Source: Clostridia bacterium
Lineage (GTDB): Bacteria > Bacillota > Clostridia > UMGS1883
NCBI GenBank assembly: GCA_051866635.1
Contig: JBJDXJ010000016.1
Span: 1 to 62,744, forward strand
DNA length: 62,744 nt
Direction of reading: 5' to 3'
Position numbers and translations under genes: made by a program. Below, piece after piece: positions 40,220-50,510 of the stretch. Positions within the stretch are counted from its first letter, which is position 1; every line of letters starts with the position of its first letter. The notes under the pieces are model-generated. The model had not been told where the DNA came from and did not search any database. It saw only the letters and a program-made list of their open reading frames with translations.

Positions 40220-41659
40220 TTACACCAATCTATTGTACAATTCGATGTACTCTTTTGCACTCTTCGTCCATGAAAAGTCTGCGTTCATCGCCCTTTTACA
40301 AATGCCATTCCATTCTTTTCTGCGGTTATAGTATATGTCATGGGCGTATCTTATAATACCTAACATTTCATGGGCATTATAATTTTTAAAGCTGAAGCCT
40401 GTACCTGTATTTTCAAATTCGTTATAAGCTTCAACAGTGTCTTTCAAGCCGCCTGTTTCTCTTACAATGGGCACTGCACCGTAACGCATTGCGATAAGCT
40501 GATTAAGTCCGCAGGGTTCAAAAAGAGAAGGCATCAGAACAGCATCACTTGCCGCATAAATCTTATGTGCAAGAGTGTTGTCAAAGCGAATCTGTGCACT
40601 TACTCTGCCATGGTACTTCCAGTCAAAGAAACGAAGGGAATCTTCAAATTCCTTATCACCTGTACCAAGGACCACAACCTGAATGTTCTGGTCAAAGCAC
40701 AAATCGTCCATAATGCAGTTAATAAGGTCCAAGCCTTTCTGACCTGTCAATCTTGTAACAAGGCTTATAATAAACTTTTCATCATCTTCAATAAGGCCCA
40801 ATTCCCTTTGAAGAGCAACCTTATTAGCCTTTTTCTTTGAAATGAAATCCTTTACACCGTACTTTTCGTAAATCATTTCGTCAGTTGAGGGATTATAACC
40901 CACATAATCAAGACCGTTTACTATACCCTTTAAGCTGTTTGTTCTTGCACGAAGAAGCCCGTCAAGCTTTTCACCGTAAAATTCTGTTTTTATCTCCTCC
41001 GCATAAGTGGGAGAAACTGTTGTGATATAGTCAGAATAAGTGAGGGCACCCTTCATGAAGCTTGCATCCTTAAAGAATTCAAGCTTGTCTGAAGTAAAAT
41101 AGTAATCTTCAAGTTCACAAACATCGGCAATAACCTTTTTGTCATAAATGCCCTGGAACTTAAGATTGTGAATTGTGAACATAGTCTTTATTCTGGAGTA
41201 ACGTGAATCAAATCCGTAGTGGGCACGCAAAAGAACCGGAACCATACCTGTCTGCCAGTCATTTGCATGAATAACATCGGGCCAGTAGCCCACAACCTGC
41301 AACAGTGCAAGAACAGCCTTGTCGAAGAAAGCAAATCTTTCAATGTCTGTAGCGATATCACCGTATACATATTGTGCACCGAAATAGAACTCATTATCCA
41401 CAAAATAATAAGTAACATTGTTCATCTTTAATTCAAACACACCGCAGTACTGACTTCTCCAGCCCATTTTTATATAAATATGGTCAATATATCGCATCTG
41501 AGATGTGTATTTTTCGGGAATAACACGGTATTTAGGAAGGATTACCCTTGTTTCCACACCCTGTGCAATAAGTTCCTGGGGAAGAGAACCTGCCACGTCA
41601 CCTAAACCGCCTGTTTTAACGAATGGGCTACATTCGCTTGTTACTAATAAAACTTTCAT
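40220..41659 (-). CDS. glgA: Glycogen synthase
   Basis: KTGGLGDV, HANDWQ, TIHNL, MPSLFEPCGL. Start moved to ATG 41659 after AAAGGA. Confidence 0.96.
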   Translation of the reverse strand: MKVLLVTSECSPFVKTGGLGDVAGSLPQELIAQGVETRVILPKYRVIPEKYTSQMRYIDHIYIKMGWRSQYCGVFELKMNNVTYYFVDNEFYFGAQYVYGDIATDIERFAFFDKAVLALLQVVGYWPDVIHANDWQTGMVPVLLRAHYGFDSRYSRIKTMFTIHNLKFQGIYDKKVIADVCELEDYYFTSDKLEFFKDASFMKGALTYSDYITTVSPTYAEEIKTEFYGEKLDGLLRARTNSLKGIVNGLDYVGYNPSTDEMIYEKYGVKDFISKKKANKVALQRELGLIEDDEKFIISLVTRLTGQKGLDLINCIMDDLCFDQNIQVVVLGTGDKEFEDSLRFFDWKYHGRVSAQIRFDNTLAHKIYAASDAVLMPSLFEPCGLNQLIAMRYGAVPIVRETGGLKDTVEAYNEFENTGTGFSFKNYNAHEMLGIIRYAHDIYYNRRKEWNGICKRAMNADFSWTKSAKEYIELYNRLV

Positions 41660-41684
41660 ACAATTCATCCTTTCAATTTGCTTT

Positions 41685-41713
41685 AAGGCGGTCACGTTTT
41701 ACGCAACCGCCTT
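41685..41713 (-). terminator. Intercistronic hairpin between glgD and glgA
   Basis: AAGGCGGT / ACCGCCTT stem; weak U-tract, so it could be a stabiliser rather than a terminator. Confidence 0.45.
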
Positions 41714-41718
41714 TAATT

Positions 41719-42840
41719 TTAGATTAATGTACGTTTGGGGAGAATGAAGGGATATGTAGGCTGACCTACAAGTCTCTTACCTGTTCTGAGTGTACATTCC
41801 TTATCAATTACAACATTTTCAAGGTCGCATCTTTCCTGAATAACAGTATTCTGCATTACGATAGAATTTTTAACCACAGCACCCTTTTCAATGTGAACGC
41901 CACGGAATATAATACTGTTTTCAACTTCGCCGTCAATAATACAGCCGTCTGCAACCAAAGAGTTCTTAACAGAAGCACCGGAGAGATACTTTGTTGGAAC
42001 CTGGTCCTTAACCTTTGTATAAATAAGGTTTTCACCGCCGAAAATTTCATCTCTCACATCTGCATTAAGCATCTTCATGTTGTTGTCATAGTAAGAAAGA
42101 ACACTGTCAACTCTTCCTACAAAGCCTTCGTACTTATATGCACAAATGCTGAGAGAATTCATGTTTGTACGCAAAATGTCATTGATAAAGTTATGGCTTC
42201 CCTTTGCATAAGCATCTTCGATAAGGTTCTGAAGTTTACTCTTTTCAATTATATACATATCCATGCCTGCATTACAGGAAACAGGTTCGCTCTGATTGTA
42301 ATGAATCTGTGTTACCTTGTTATTGATATCTATATCATATGTTGTGCAAGTCTTAAGCTGGGGGTCATTTTTTTCAAGCACGTTATAAATAACGGTAATA
42401 TCTGCACCGCTTTCCTCGTGCTGACGAATTGCCTCGTTATAGCACATATTGCACACAACATTTGCACCTGCAAGAACAACATACTTCTGCTGGCTTCTGT
42501 GAAGATATGTAATTATACCGTGCAAAAGGTCAACATCGCCTGTAGAAACTCCGTAATTACCGTTTCCTCGAATCTGCGGAGGAAGAATAAACAAGCCGTA
42601 ATTTTTGCGGTTTAAATCCCAAGGCTTGCCAGTTGATACGTGGTCCATAAGTGAAGAATAGTTTACATGAGTAGCTATACCCACATTTATAATACCGGAA
42701 TTTACCATATTAGAAAGAACAAAGTCAATCAGACGGTATCTGCCTGCAAAAGGAAGAGCAGATACATCTCTTACCTGTGTAAGCTCGTTCATTCTTACAT
42801 CCTGATTTCTTGTTAAGATTATGCCCATTGCGTCTGTCAT
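41719..42840 (-). CDS. glgD: Glucose-1-phosphate adenylyltransferase subunit GlgD
   Basis: LPFAGRYRLIDFVLSNMVNSGI; lacks the GGxGxRL motif; follows glgC. Confidence 0.94.
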   Translation of the reverse strand: MTDAMGIILTRNQDVRMNELTQVRDVSALPFAGRYRLIDFVLSNMVNSGIINVGIATHVNYSSLMDHVSTGKPWDLNRKNYGLFILPPQIRGNGNYGVSTGDVDLLHGIITYLHRSQQKYVVLAGANVVCNMCYNEAIRQHEESGADITVIYNVLEKNDPQLKTCTTYDIDINNKVTQIHYNQSEPVSCNAGMDMYIIEKSKLQNLIEDAYAKGSHNFINDILRTNMNSLSICAYKYEGFVGRVDSVLSYYDNNMKMLNADVRDEIFGGENLIYTKVKDQVPTKYLSGASVKNSLVADGCIIDGEVENSIIFRGVHIEKGAVVKNSIVMQNTVIQERCDLENVVIDKECTLRTGKRLVGQPTYPFILPKRTLI

Positions 42841-42856
42841 TTTATTCTCCCCCTCC

Positions 42857-44074
42857 TTAGTCTTTAATAGTTTTTGTAACCATTGCGTTTACGCCGATTT
42901 TTGTATTGTCACAAATTGAAATATTTCCACCGATAAGGGAGATATCAGCCGAACAATACTTGCTCTTATACTTTGTGGAATCCACATTTTTGTCGCCGAT
43001 AACACAATTATCGCCAACAACTGTATTTGCACCTATGATTGTTTTCTTAACAACGGTGTTTTCGCCGATAACAACACCGGGGAACAAAATAGAATCTTCT
43101 ACAATACTGCCCTTACCTACAGTTACGCCTTCAGAAAGAACAGATGCTTTCACTTCGCCGTAAATGTTACAACCTTCTGTAATACAGCTTGAAGTAACCT
43201 TAGCTCCCTCTGCCACATAGTGAGGTGGCTTAACAGGGTTACGTGAGAAGATTGTCCAGTTAGAGTCATACATATCCAGAATAGGAGGATCTGCAATAAT
43301 ATCCATGTTTGCTTCCCAAAGGCTCTGTACTGTTCCTACATCCTTCCAGTAGCCTTCAAATCCGTAAGCACAAAGTTTCTGGTTATCGCCCAGCATTGCA
43401 GGAATAATATTTTTACCAAAGTCGTTTTCACTGCCTTCTGTAGCTTCGTCACGGATAAGATATTCCTTAAGTGCAGACCACTTGAACACATATACACCCA
43501 TGGAAGCAAGGTTACTCTTCGGTTCCTTGGGCTTTTCAACGAACTTTGTAATAGTTCCGTCTTCATCAGCTTCCATAATGCCGAATCTGCTTGCTTCCTC
43601 CCAGGGAACCTGAATAACAGCAATAGTAGCCGCCGCATCGTGCTCCTCATGGAATTTAAGCATCTTGTTATAATCCATCTTGTATATATGGTCACCTGAA
43701 AGAATAACCACATGTTCGGGATTGTACTGATCTACAAATTCAATATTCTGATAAATGGCATTTGCAGTACCCTTGTACCATTCGCCTGTTTCTTCCTTCT
43801 GGTAAGGAGGCAACACATATACACCGCCATTGTTTCTGTCAAGGTCCCATGTACTGCCGTTACCTATATAAGTATTAAGTTCAAGGGGCTTATACTGTGT
43901 AAGAACACCTATAGTTTCAATACCGGAATGAACACAGTTGCTTAATGCAAAGTCAATAATTCTGTACTTACCGCCGAAAGTTACCGCAGGCTTTGCTACT
44001 TTACTTGTCAGAATACCAAGTCTGCTACCCTGTCCACCGGCAAGAATCATAGCAAGACATTTAGTTGATTTCAT
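42857..44074 (-). CDS. glgC: Glucose-1-phosphate adenylyltransferase
   Basis: [37 protein letters not shown]. Confidence 0.97.
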   Translation of the reverse strand: MKSTKCLAMILAGGQGSRLGILTSKVAKPAVTFGGKYRIIDFALSNCVHSGIETIGVLTQYKPLELNTYIGNGSTWDLDRNNGGVYVLPPYQKEETGEWYKGTANAIYQNIEFVDQYNPEHVVILSGDHIYKMDYNKMLKFHEEHDAAATIAVIQVPWEEASRFGIMEADEDGTITKFVEKPKEPKSNLASMGVYVFKWSALKEYLIRDEATEGSENDFGKNIIPAMLGDNQKLCAYGFEGYWKDVGTVQSLWEANMDIIADPPILDMYDSNWTIFSRNPVKPPHYVAEGAKVTSSCITEGCNIYGEVKASVLSEGVTVGKGSIVEDSILFPGVVIGENTVVKKTIIGANTVVGDNCVIGDKNVDSTKYKSKYCSADISLIGGNISICDNTKIGVNAMVTKTIKD

Positions 44075-44092
44075 TTTTATTCCTCCTAATCT

Positions 44093-46042
44093 TTACTTCT
44101 TAACAGTATTACGTTTTGCTCTTTTACGTTTAAAATACATAGTTGTCATAGGTGGCACTGTAATCGTAAGGGTGTACGGTCTGCCATCACAATCATATTT
44201 ATATTTCCTTGCTTTCACCGGCATACCGTTTGTAACGCCTGTACCGCCGTAAACATCTTTATTTGAGCTGAACACTTCTTCATATTCACCGGCACGTGAT
44301 ACTCCGATTGAATAATCCTTATATTCAACAGGGGTGAAGTTACATACCACTATAATTTCACTGCCCCTTGCTTTACCCTTTCTTATAAAAGATACTATGC
44401 TCTTTTCGTTATCGTTTGCATTAATCCATTCAAAACCGTCCCAACTGTCTTCAATTTCCCAGAAGGGCTTATTATCTATATAGAAATGGTTCAGATCCTT
44501 CATATACTGATGGAACCTTGCGTGATGGTAATCTTCAAGAAGATGCCACTCCAATCCTTCGTAAAATCTCCATTCAATGAACTGTGCAATTTCACCGCCC
44601 ATAAACATAAGCTTTTTGCCCGGATGTGCCATATAGTAGCCCAAAAATGCTCTTAAAGAGTCAAACTTGCCGTCATAAAGAGCACTCATTTTATTAACAA
44701 GGGATGCTTTTCCGTGAACAACCTCATCATGACTAAGAGGCAGAATATAATTTTCACTGAAAGCATACATCATTGAAAATGTCAAAAGATTGTGGTTACT
44801 GCTTCTGAAATAGGGGTCCATGGACATATAACGCAAATTGTCGTTCATCCATCCCATATTCCACTTATAGTTAAAGCCCAAACCGCCCACATCACGGGGT
44901 TTTGTAACCATGGGCCATGCGGTTGATTCCTCAGCAATCATCAAAAAGTTGGGGAATTCACCAAACATAACCTCGTTTAACCTACGTAAAAATTCAATGG
45001 CTTCAAGGTTTTCGTTACCACCGTATTTATTCTGGATATATTCCTCTCTTGCATAGTCAAGGTAAAGCATACTTGACACAGCATCAACACGGATGCCATC
45101 CATATGATATATCTTTGCCCAGAACACCGCAGATGAAATAAGGAAAGATATTACCTCAGTCTTTGAATAGTCAAAAACAAGTGTGCCCCATTCCTTATGC
45201 TCACCTACTCTTGTGTCGGCATATTCATATGTAGGTGTACCGTCAAACTTCGCCAGACCGAAACCGTCACGGGGGAAGTGTGCAGGAACCCAGTCAACAA
45301 TAACCTTGATACCTGCCTTATGGCATGTATCAACAAAATACATCAAATCATGGGGTGTTCCGTAACGGCTTGTTGCCGCAAAATAGCCTGTTACCTGATA
45401 ACCCCAGCTTCCGTCAAAGGGATATTCCATCAAGGGCATAACTTCAAGATGTGTATACCCCATATCCTTAAGATACGGAACAAGTTCATCCGCCATTTCC
45501 CGGTATGTGTAAAAGCTTCCGTCCTGATGCATTCTCCAGCTGCCTAAGTGACATTCATAAATGTTCATAGGCTTATTATACGGTGCTTCGCAGTTTCTCT
45601 TTTGCATGTATGCACCGTCACTCCACTTATACCCGTCAATATCATAAGTTACAGATGCATTGTCGGGACGAAGCTGAGCATATACTGCATAGGGGTCGCT
45701 CTTAAAAAAGCCATCGCCTTTTTCCGGTGTAATATAATACTTATAAACCTCACCGTCATTAATGCCTTCAACAAAGCATTGCCAAATTCCGGTTTCACCC
45801 AGTCTTGTCAAAGGATGGCTCCATTTATCCCAGTTATTAAAGTTACCGGACACATGGACCGCCTTAGCATTTGGTGCCCACACAGCAAACCTGTAACCTG
45901 TCTTACCGTTCAGAACACACTTATGTGAACCCAGTACTTCATAACTGTGGAAATTATTTCCTTCGTTAAATAAGTATACGGCAAAATCGTCATTAAAAGG
46001 ATTTTCTCTGTAAGAAACTTCTCCAAAATACTCCTTTTGCAC
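44093..46042 (-). CDS. glgB: 1,4-alpha-glucan branching enzyme
   Basis: FAVWAPNA, SWGYQ, DWVPAHF, RVDAVSSM, AEES, LSHDEVVHGK. Confidence 0.97.
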   Translation of the reverse strand: MQKEYFGEVSYRENPFNDDFAVYLFNEGNNFHSYEVLGSHKCVLNGKTGYRFAVWAPNAKAVHVSGNFNNWDKWSHPLTRLGETGIWQCFVEGINDGEVYKYYITPEKGDGFFKSDPYAVYAQLRPDNASVTYDIDGYKWSDGAYMQKRNCEAPYNKPMNIYECHLGSWRMHQDGSFYTYREMADELVPYLKDMGYTHLEVMPLMEYPFDGSWGYQVTGYFAATSRYGTPHDLMYFVDTCHKAGIKVIVDWVPAHFPRDGFGLAKFDGTPTYEYADTRVGEHKEWGTLVFDYSKTEVISFLISSAVFWAKIYHMDGIRVDAVSSMLYLDYAREEYIQNKYGGNENLEAIEFLRRLNEVMFGEFPNFLMIAEESTAWPMVTKPRDVGGLGFNYKWNMGWMNDNLRYMSMDPYFRSSNHNLLTFSMMYAFSENYILPLSHDEVVHGKASLVNKMSALYDGKFDSLRAFLGYYMAHPGKKLMFMGGEIAQFIEWRFYEGLEWHLLEDYHHARFHQYMKDLNHFYIDNKPFWEIEDSWDGFEWINANDNEKSIVSFIRKGKARGSEIIVVCNFTPVEYKDYSIGVSRAGEYEEVFSSNKDVYGGTGVTNGMPVKARKYKYDCDGRPYTLTITVPPMTTMYFKRKRAKRNTVKK

Positions 46043-46211
46043 AATTTTTCACCACTTTCCCAATAATTATTAAGTACATTTTAACAAATTTTTTGCGTTT
46101 AGTCAATCGATTTTTGTTAGATATGTGTTATATTTGTATAAATTTTTTATTTTTCTAAAAATCATTCCCAAACGGAGCATTTTGGTGTATAATAGCAAAG
46201 AGGTGAAAGCT

Positions 46212-46526
46212 ATGTTTTCTTTTGAATGTGAAAATGACACTACAGAATATCAGAATGACACTACTGAAACAGAATGCGACATTTCTGCTCCCAATTATCA
46301 TAGCCTGTTATCAATTATTACATTTATTCTTCTCCCTCCCTTATGGTTTTTATCAATTCCTTCCATTGTTTTTTCTTCCGAGGCAAAAAAATGTTACAAT
46401 GAGGGTTATACTCCTATTGCCCTGAGATTTGCACAAAAAGCACGAAAGTTTGCCATCAGTGCATGGATTGTTTTCGCTTTAATTGTCCTTGCAGGATTAA
46501 GCTTGTATCTTTTTACTAATTATTAA
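46212..46526 (+). CDS. CD225/dispanin (IFITM-like) family membrane protein
   Basis: GAGGTG RBS before ATG 46212. Pattern PNY..LSII..ILL.P...IPSIVFSS.AK....G....A...A.KAR followed by a C-terminal TM helix. Confidence 0.7.
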   Translation: MFSFECENDTTEYQNDTTETECDISAPNYHSLLSIITFILLPPLWFLSIPSIVFSSEAKKCYNEGYTPIALRFAQKARKFAISAWIVFALIVLAGLSLYLFTNY

Positions 46527-46547
46527 TATGAAAGAAAGGTGTTTTTT

Positions 46548-47000
46548 ATGACTAAAGGTGAATTGGCTTCAAAAAATTTTGAAAGCGGTATGAATTGTGC
46601 ACAGGCAGTTCTCTGTGCCTTCACAGAAGAAATCGGCATGGATTATGAAACTGCACTTAAACTTGCACTCCCCTTCGGAGGCGGCATGGGAAGATTGCGT
46701 CTTACATGCGGTGCCGTAACAGGCATGATTATGGCTTACGGGCTTGTTTTTGGCATAGATTCCGTGCCTACCCATGATGAAAAAATGGAAAATTATAAGG
46801 GTGTACAGTACTTGACAGAGGAATTTAAAAAGCTTAACCGTGGCACAATTATCTGTTCCGAGCTTTTAGGTTTGAAAGAACCGGAAGGTACATATGTTCC
46901 CGAGGAAAGAACGGAAGAATATTATAAGAAACGCCCCTGTGGCGAAATGTGTTATATTGCCGCAGAAATTCTTGATAAATATATTAAAGAAAACAAATAA
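46548..47000 (+). CDS. C_GCAxxG_C_C family putative redox protein
   Basis: NCAQAV, FGGGMG....TCGAVTG, IICSELLG and C-terminal PC..MC. Confidence 0.9.
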   Translation: MTKGELASKNFESGMNCAQAVLCAFTEEIGMDYETALKLALPFGGGMGRLRLTCGAVTGMIMAYGLVFGIDSVPTHDEKMENYKGVQYLTEEFKKLNRGTIICSELLGLKEPEGTYVPEERTEEYYKKRPCGEMCYIAAEILDKYIKENK

Positions 47001-47040
47001 ATTACACCCCCAAAGCATTACGTTTTGGGGGTGTAATTTA
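46998..47040. terminator. Bidirectional intrinsic terminator
   Basis: TAAATTACACCCCCAAA / TTTGGGGGTGTAATTTA between convergent genes. Confidence 0.85.
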
Positions 47041-48465
47041 TTTGTTTTTCACGCTGTCTAGTTCAAATATAAATCTGGTCCATTCGCCCTCTTTACTTTC
47101 GGCATAAATCTGATTATTATGTGAATGCATTATGTTCTTTACTATGTAAAGACCTAAGCCAACACCGCTGTTTTTACTGCCACGGGACTTATCTGTCTGA
47201 TAAAATCTGTCCCAGATATGTTTAAGTTCCTTTTCGCTCAAGCCCTTGCCTGAGTTTTCAATAGTGATTTTTGTTTTTAAGCCCTCATCACAAACGGAAA
47301 TTTTCACATATCCTTCCTCGGGAGTAAACTTCACAGCATTATCCAAAAGGTTCGAGATAACTCTGTAAACAGAATCACTGTTGCCCATAACAAGCATAGG
47401 GTCATTTTCAAAATCCACCGTCACATCAATCTTCTTGTCACTAAGACCCTGTTCAAAAGCAATAATTGCCTTTCTCACACTTTCATTAATATCAAAAGGC
47501 GTCATTTTTAATTCAATTTTTCCGCTGTTAAGCCTGCTCATTTCAAGAAGGTCGTTAACAAGACGGTTCAGTCTTTTTATTTCCTGAAGAACAATTCCAA
47601 GATACTTTTTATGTTCTTCCTCGGGTATTGTTCCGTCAAGTACACCTTCAACAAATCCCGAAATAATTGTCATAGGCGTTCTCAATTCGTGGCTCACATT
47701 AGATATAAAGGAGGACTGTATCTCGTCCATTTCCTCCAGTGATTCACTCATCTGGTTAAAGGTTTTTGTCAAAACGTGCATTTCGCCTTCAGGCTCAACT
47801 TTTACCCTGTGAGAAAAGTCACCTGATGCAATTTTCTGGGCACCTACCGTAATTTCACGGATAGGTCTTGCCAGCCTGTCAGACAAAAATGCCGATACAG
47901 TCAGGCTTAAAATAATAACAAACATTACTACCCACAAAAATCTCATCATAATGTCAATTTGCATTGTCCTTACGGTAACGCGGGTACTGCACACAATTAC
48001 CGCACCTTCTACGCCTCGGTTTGTGTTAAGGGGCACTACTGTGTACAGGAGCTTCTTATTTAAAAAGCCATCAAGATTACCTTCCCCTGAAAAACTTTCA
48101 CCGTATAAGGCACGTGCAACGCTGTTATAAGAAAGCTGGTTTGAGTTAATCTGACCTTCTTCAAAGCCTGAAACCGCAATTACACCTGATTTTCTGTCAG
48201 TAACGATAATGCCTTGTCCGCCTTCGTTGCCTGCAAAACCAACCATTTGTTTGATAAACGCCTGCTCTACTGCATCGTTTACAGAATCCATAATATATTC
48301 CGCCATTTTCGCAACCTCCGCAGCTCTTGACTGAAGGGAGTTATATACCGACTGGCGGAAGTAATACCCCAACTGAGTGTATAAAAGGGCACCTGTAAGT
48401 ACAATTGACAAAAGTACAACGGTGATATTGTAAGTAAGTATTTTTCGGAATATACTTTTCCTCAT
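47038..48465 (-). CDS. HAMP-domain sensor histidine kinase
   Basis: Two TM helices, HAMP domain, SHELRTP H-box, NLLDNAVK, GVGLGL. Confidence 0.95.
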   Translation of the reverse strand: MRKSIFRKILTYNITVVLLSIVLTGALLYTQLGYYFRQSVYNSLQSRAAEVAKMAEYIMDSVNDAVEQAFIKQMVGFAGNEGGQGIIVTDRKSGVIAVSGFEEGQINSNQLSYNSVARALYGESFSGEGNLDGFLNKKLLYTVVPLNTNRGVEGAVIVCSTRVTVRTMQIDIMMRFLWVVMFVIILSLTVSAFLSDRLARPIREITVGAQKIASGDFSHRVKVEPEGEMHVLTKTFNQMSESLEEMDEIQSSFISNVSHELRTPMTIISGFVEGVLDGTIPEEEHKKYLGIVLQEIKRLNRLVNDLLEMSRLNSGKIELKMTPFDINESVRKAIIAFEQGLSDKKIDVTVDFENDPMLVMGNSDSVYRVISNLLDNAVKFTPEEGYVKISVCDEGLKTKITIENSGKGLSEKELKHIWDRFYQTDKSRGSKNSGVGLGLYIVKNIMHSHNNQIYAESKEGEWTRFIFELDSVKNK

Positions 48466-48466
48466 G

Positions 48467-49153
48467 TTACTTCACCTCAAACTTATATCCTACGCCCCAC
48501 ACCGTTTTAAGCTGCCAATCATTTTCATAGCCTTCAAGCTTTTCACGAAGTCTTTTAACATGCACATCCACTGTTCTGGAATCGCCGTAATAGTCAAATC
48601 CCCATACATCCTCCAAAAGCTGTTCACGTGTAAATACACGGTTGGGATGAGATGCCAAAAAGTACAAGAGTTCCAGTTCCTTAGGCGGTGTTTCCAACAC
48701 CTTTCCCCCTACAGTTAATTCATAGTTTGATAAGTTTATAATAAGGTTGGGAAGTTCAATAACGCTGATCTCACCTTCATCCTTAATATATCTTCTTAAA
48801 ACAGCCTTAACTCTTGCCGCAAGCTCCTTTCCTTCAAAGGGCTTTACAATATAGTCATCAGCACCTAATTCCAAGCCCAGAACCTTGTCAAAGGTTTCGC
48901 CCTTGGCAGTAAGCATAATAACAGGCATGTCGCTGTCTTTTCTGATTTCACGGCACACGGTTATACCGTCAACCTTTGGCATCATAATGTCCAAAATAGC
49001 CAAATCAGGCGGATTTTTCTTAATTTCCTCCAATGCTGTGCCGCCGTTGAGGCATATACTTGTTTCATAGCCTTCCTTTTCAAGATACAGCCTTACAAGT
49101 TCACAGATATTTGCATCGTCATCAACAATCATAATCCTTGGTGTTTTTTTCAT
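48467..49153 (-). CDS. OmpR/PhoB-family response regulator
   Basis: IVDDD, LDIMMP, LTAK, GADDYIVKPF, RTVDVHVKRLR, TVWGVGY. Start moved to ATG 49153 after AGGAGG. Confidence 0.95.
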   Translation of the reverse strand: MKKTPRIMIVDDDANICELVRLYLEKEGYETSICLNGGTALEEIKKNPPDLAILDIMMPKVDGITVCREIRKDSDMPVIMLTAKGETFDKVLGLELGADDYIVKPFEGKELAARVKAVLRRYIKDEGEISVIELPNLIINLSNYELTVGGKVLETPPKELELLYFLASHPNRVFTREQLLEDVWGFDYYGDSRTVDVHVKRLREKLEGYENDWQLKTVWGVGYKFEVK

Positions 49154-49320
49154 AAAATTGTTCCTCCTTATAAAAAAAGCTCTTTTAATTATTATAGCAC
49201 ATAAAAAGGTATTGTTAAATCTTTTTTTATAGTGTATAATACCAATATAATTGGCATATGTACTAATTATTAACAAAAAATGAATTTTTCAACTATTTTC
49301 CAACAGAAAGGACGAAATAT

Positions 49321-50415
49321 ATGAAACTTGGAATAGTAGGCTTACCCAATGTAGGTAAATCAACTCTTTTTAATGCAATTACACAGGCAGGTGCGGAAAG
49401 TGCCAACTACCCCTTCTGCACAATTGAGCCTAATGTGGGCGTTGTTACCGTTCCGGACGAGAGAATGGACAAGCTCCGTGAAATGTACAACCCTGTTAAG
49501 TTCACCCCTGCAATTATCGAATTTGTTGATATTGCAGGTCTTGTTAAGGGTGCCAGCCGTGGTGAAGGCTTAGGCAATAAGTTCTTGGCAAACATCCGTG
49601 AGGTTGATGCAATTGTACATGTTGTACGTTGCTTTGAAGATGCAAACATAATCCACGTTGACGGAAGCGTTGACCCTGCCCGTGACATTGAAACTATTGA
49701 CCTTGAGCTTATTTTTGCGGACCTTGAATCCGTCGAAAAGCGTATTGACCGTGTAACAAAAGCTCTCCGTGGCGACAAAAAGTATCAGGCAGAGTTAGAT
49801 ATGTGGGCCAGGATTAAAGAAGCCCTTGAAAAGGGACAGAGTGCCCGCAGTGTTGAGCTTTCTGAGGAAGAAAAGGAAATGGCTAAGGACTTGTCACTTC
49901 TCACTATGAAGCCCATTATATATGCCGCAAACGTTGCAGAAGATGACTTTGTAAACGGAATTGAAAATAATCCTTTTGTAAAAGCCGTAGAAGAAATCGC
50001 AGCCCGTGAAAACGCAGAGGTTCTTCCCATTTCTGCCCGTATTGAGGATGAAATCAGCCAGCTTGAGGATGACGAAAAGGCAATGTTCCTGGAAGAAATG
50101 GGTCTTAGCGAATCAGGTCTGGACCGTCTTATAAAAAAGAGCTATAAATTACTGGGTCTTATAAGCTACCTTACAGCAGGTCAGCCCGAAGTACGTGCAT
50201 GGACTATAACAGAGGGAACAAAGGCACCTCAGGCGGCAGGCAAAATACACACCGATTTTGAGCGTGGCTTTATCCGTGCGGAAGTGGTATCCTTTGACAA
50301 CCTTATGGCGTGCGGTTCGATGGCGGCGGCTAAGGAAAAGGGCCTTGTAAGAAGCGAAGGCAAAGAATATGTGATGCAGGACGGCGACATTGTACATTTC
50401 CTGTTTAATGTGTAA
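49321..50415 (+). CDS. ychF: Redox-regulated ATPase YchF
   Basis: [36 protein letters not shown] domain. Confidence 0.97.
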   Translation: MKLGIVGLPNVGKSTLFNAITQAGAESANYPFCTIEPNVGVVTVPDERMDKLREMYNPVKFTPAIIEFVDIAGLVKGASRGEGLGNKFLANIREVDAIVHVVRCFEDANIIHVDGSVDPARDIETIDLELIFADLESVEKRIDRVTKALRGDKKYQAELDMWARIKEALEKGQSARSVELSEEEKEMAKDLSLLTMKPIIYAANVAEDDFVNGIENNPFVKAVEEIAARENAEVLPISARIEDEISQLEDDEKAMFLEEMGLSESGLDRLIKKSYKLLGLISYLTAGQPEVRAWTITEGTKAPQAAGKIHTDFERGFIRAEVVSFDNLMACGSMAAAKEKGLVRSEGKEYVMQDGDIVHFLFNV

Positions 50416-50445
50416 AGAGTAGACTACTTCAAAAGAGACAAAGAC

Positions 50446-50490
50446 AGGGCTGTGATGAAACGATAAAAAAAATCGTTTTGTCACAGCCCT
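50446..50490. terminator. Long hairpin between convergent ychF and csaB (terminator, possibly element-derived)
   Basis: AGGGCTGTGATGAAACGAT / ATCGTTTTGTCACAGCCCT, 19 bp imperfect stem with an A7 loop. Confidence 0.7.
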
Positions 50491-50510
50491 TTACAATCAC
50501 CTTGCAAGCT

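Noticed and set aside
41893-42615. Long antisense ORFs (e.g. 41893-42615, 53389-54060, 38340-38906)
   Set aside because: They lie fully opposite well-supported genes and have no motifs, consistent with codon-bias shadows.
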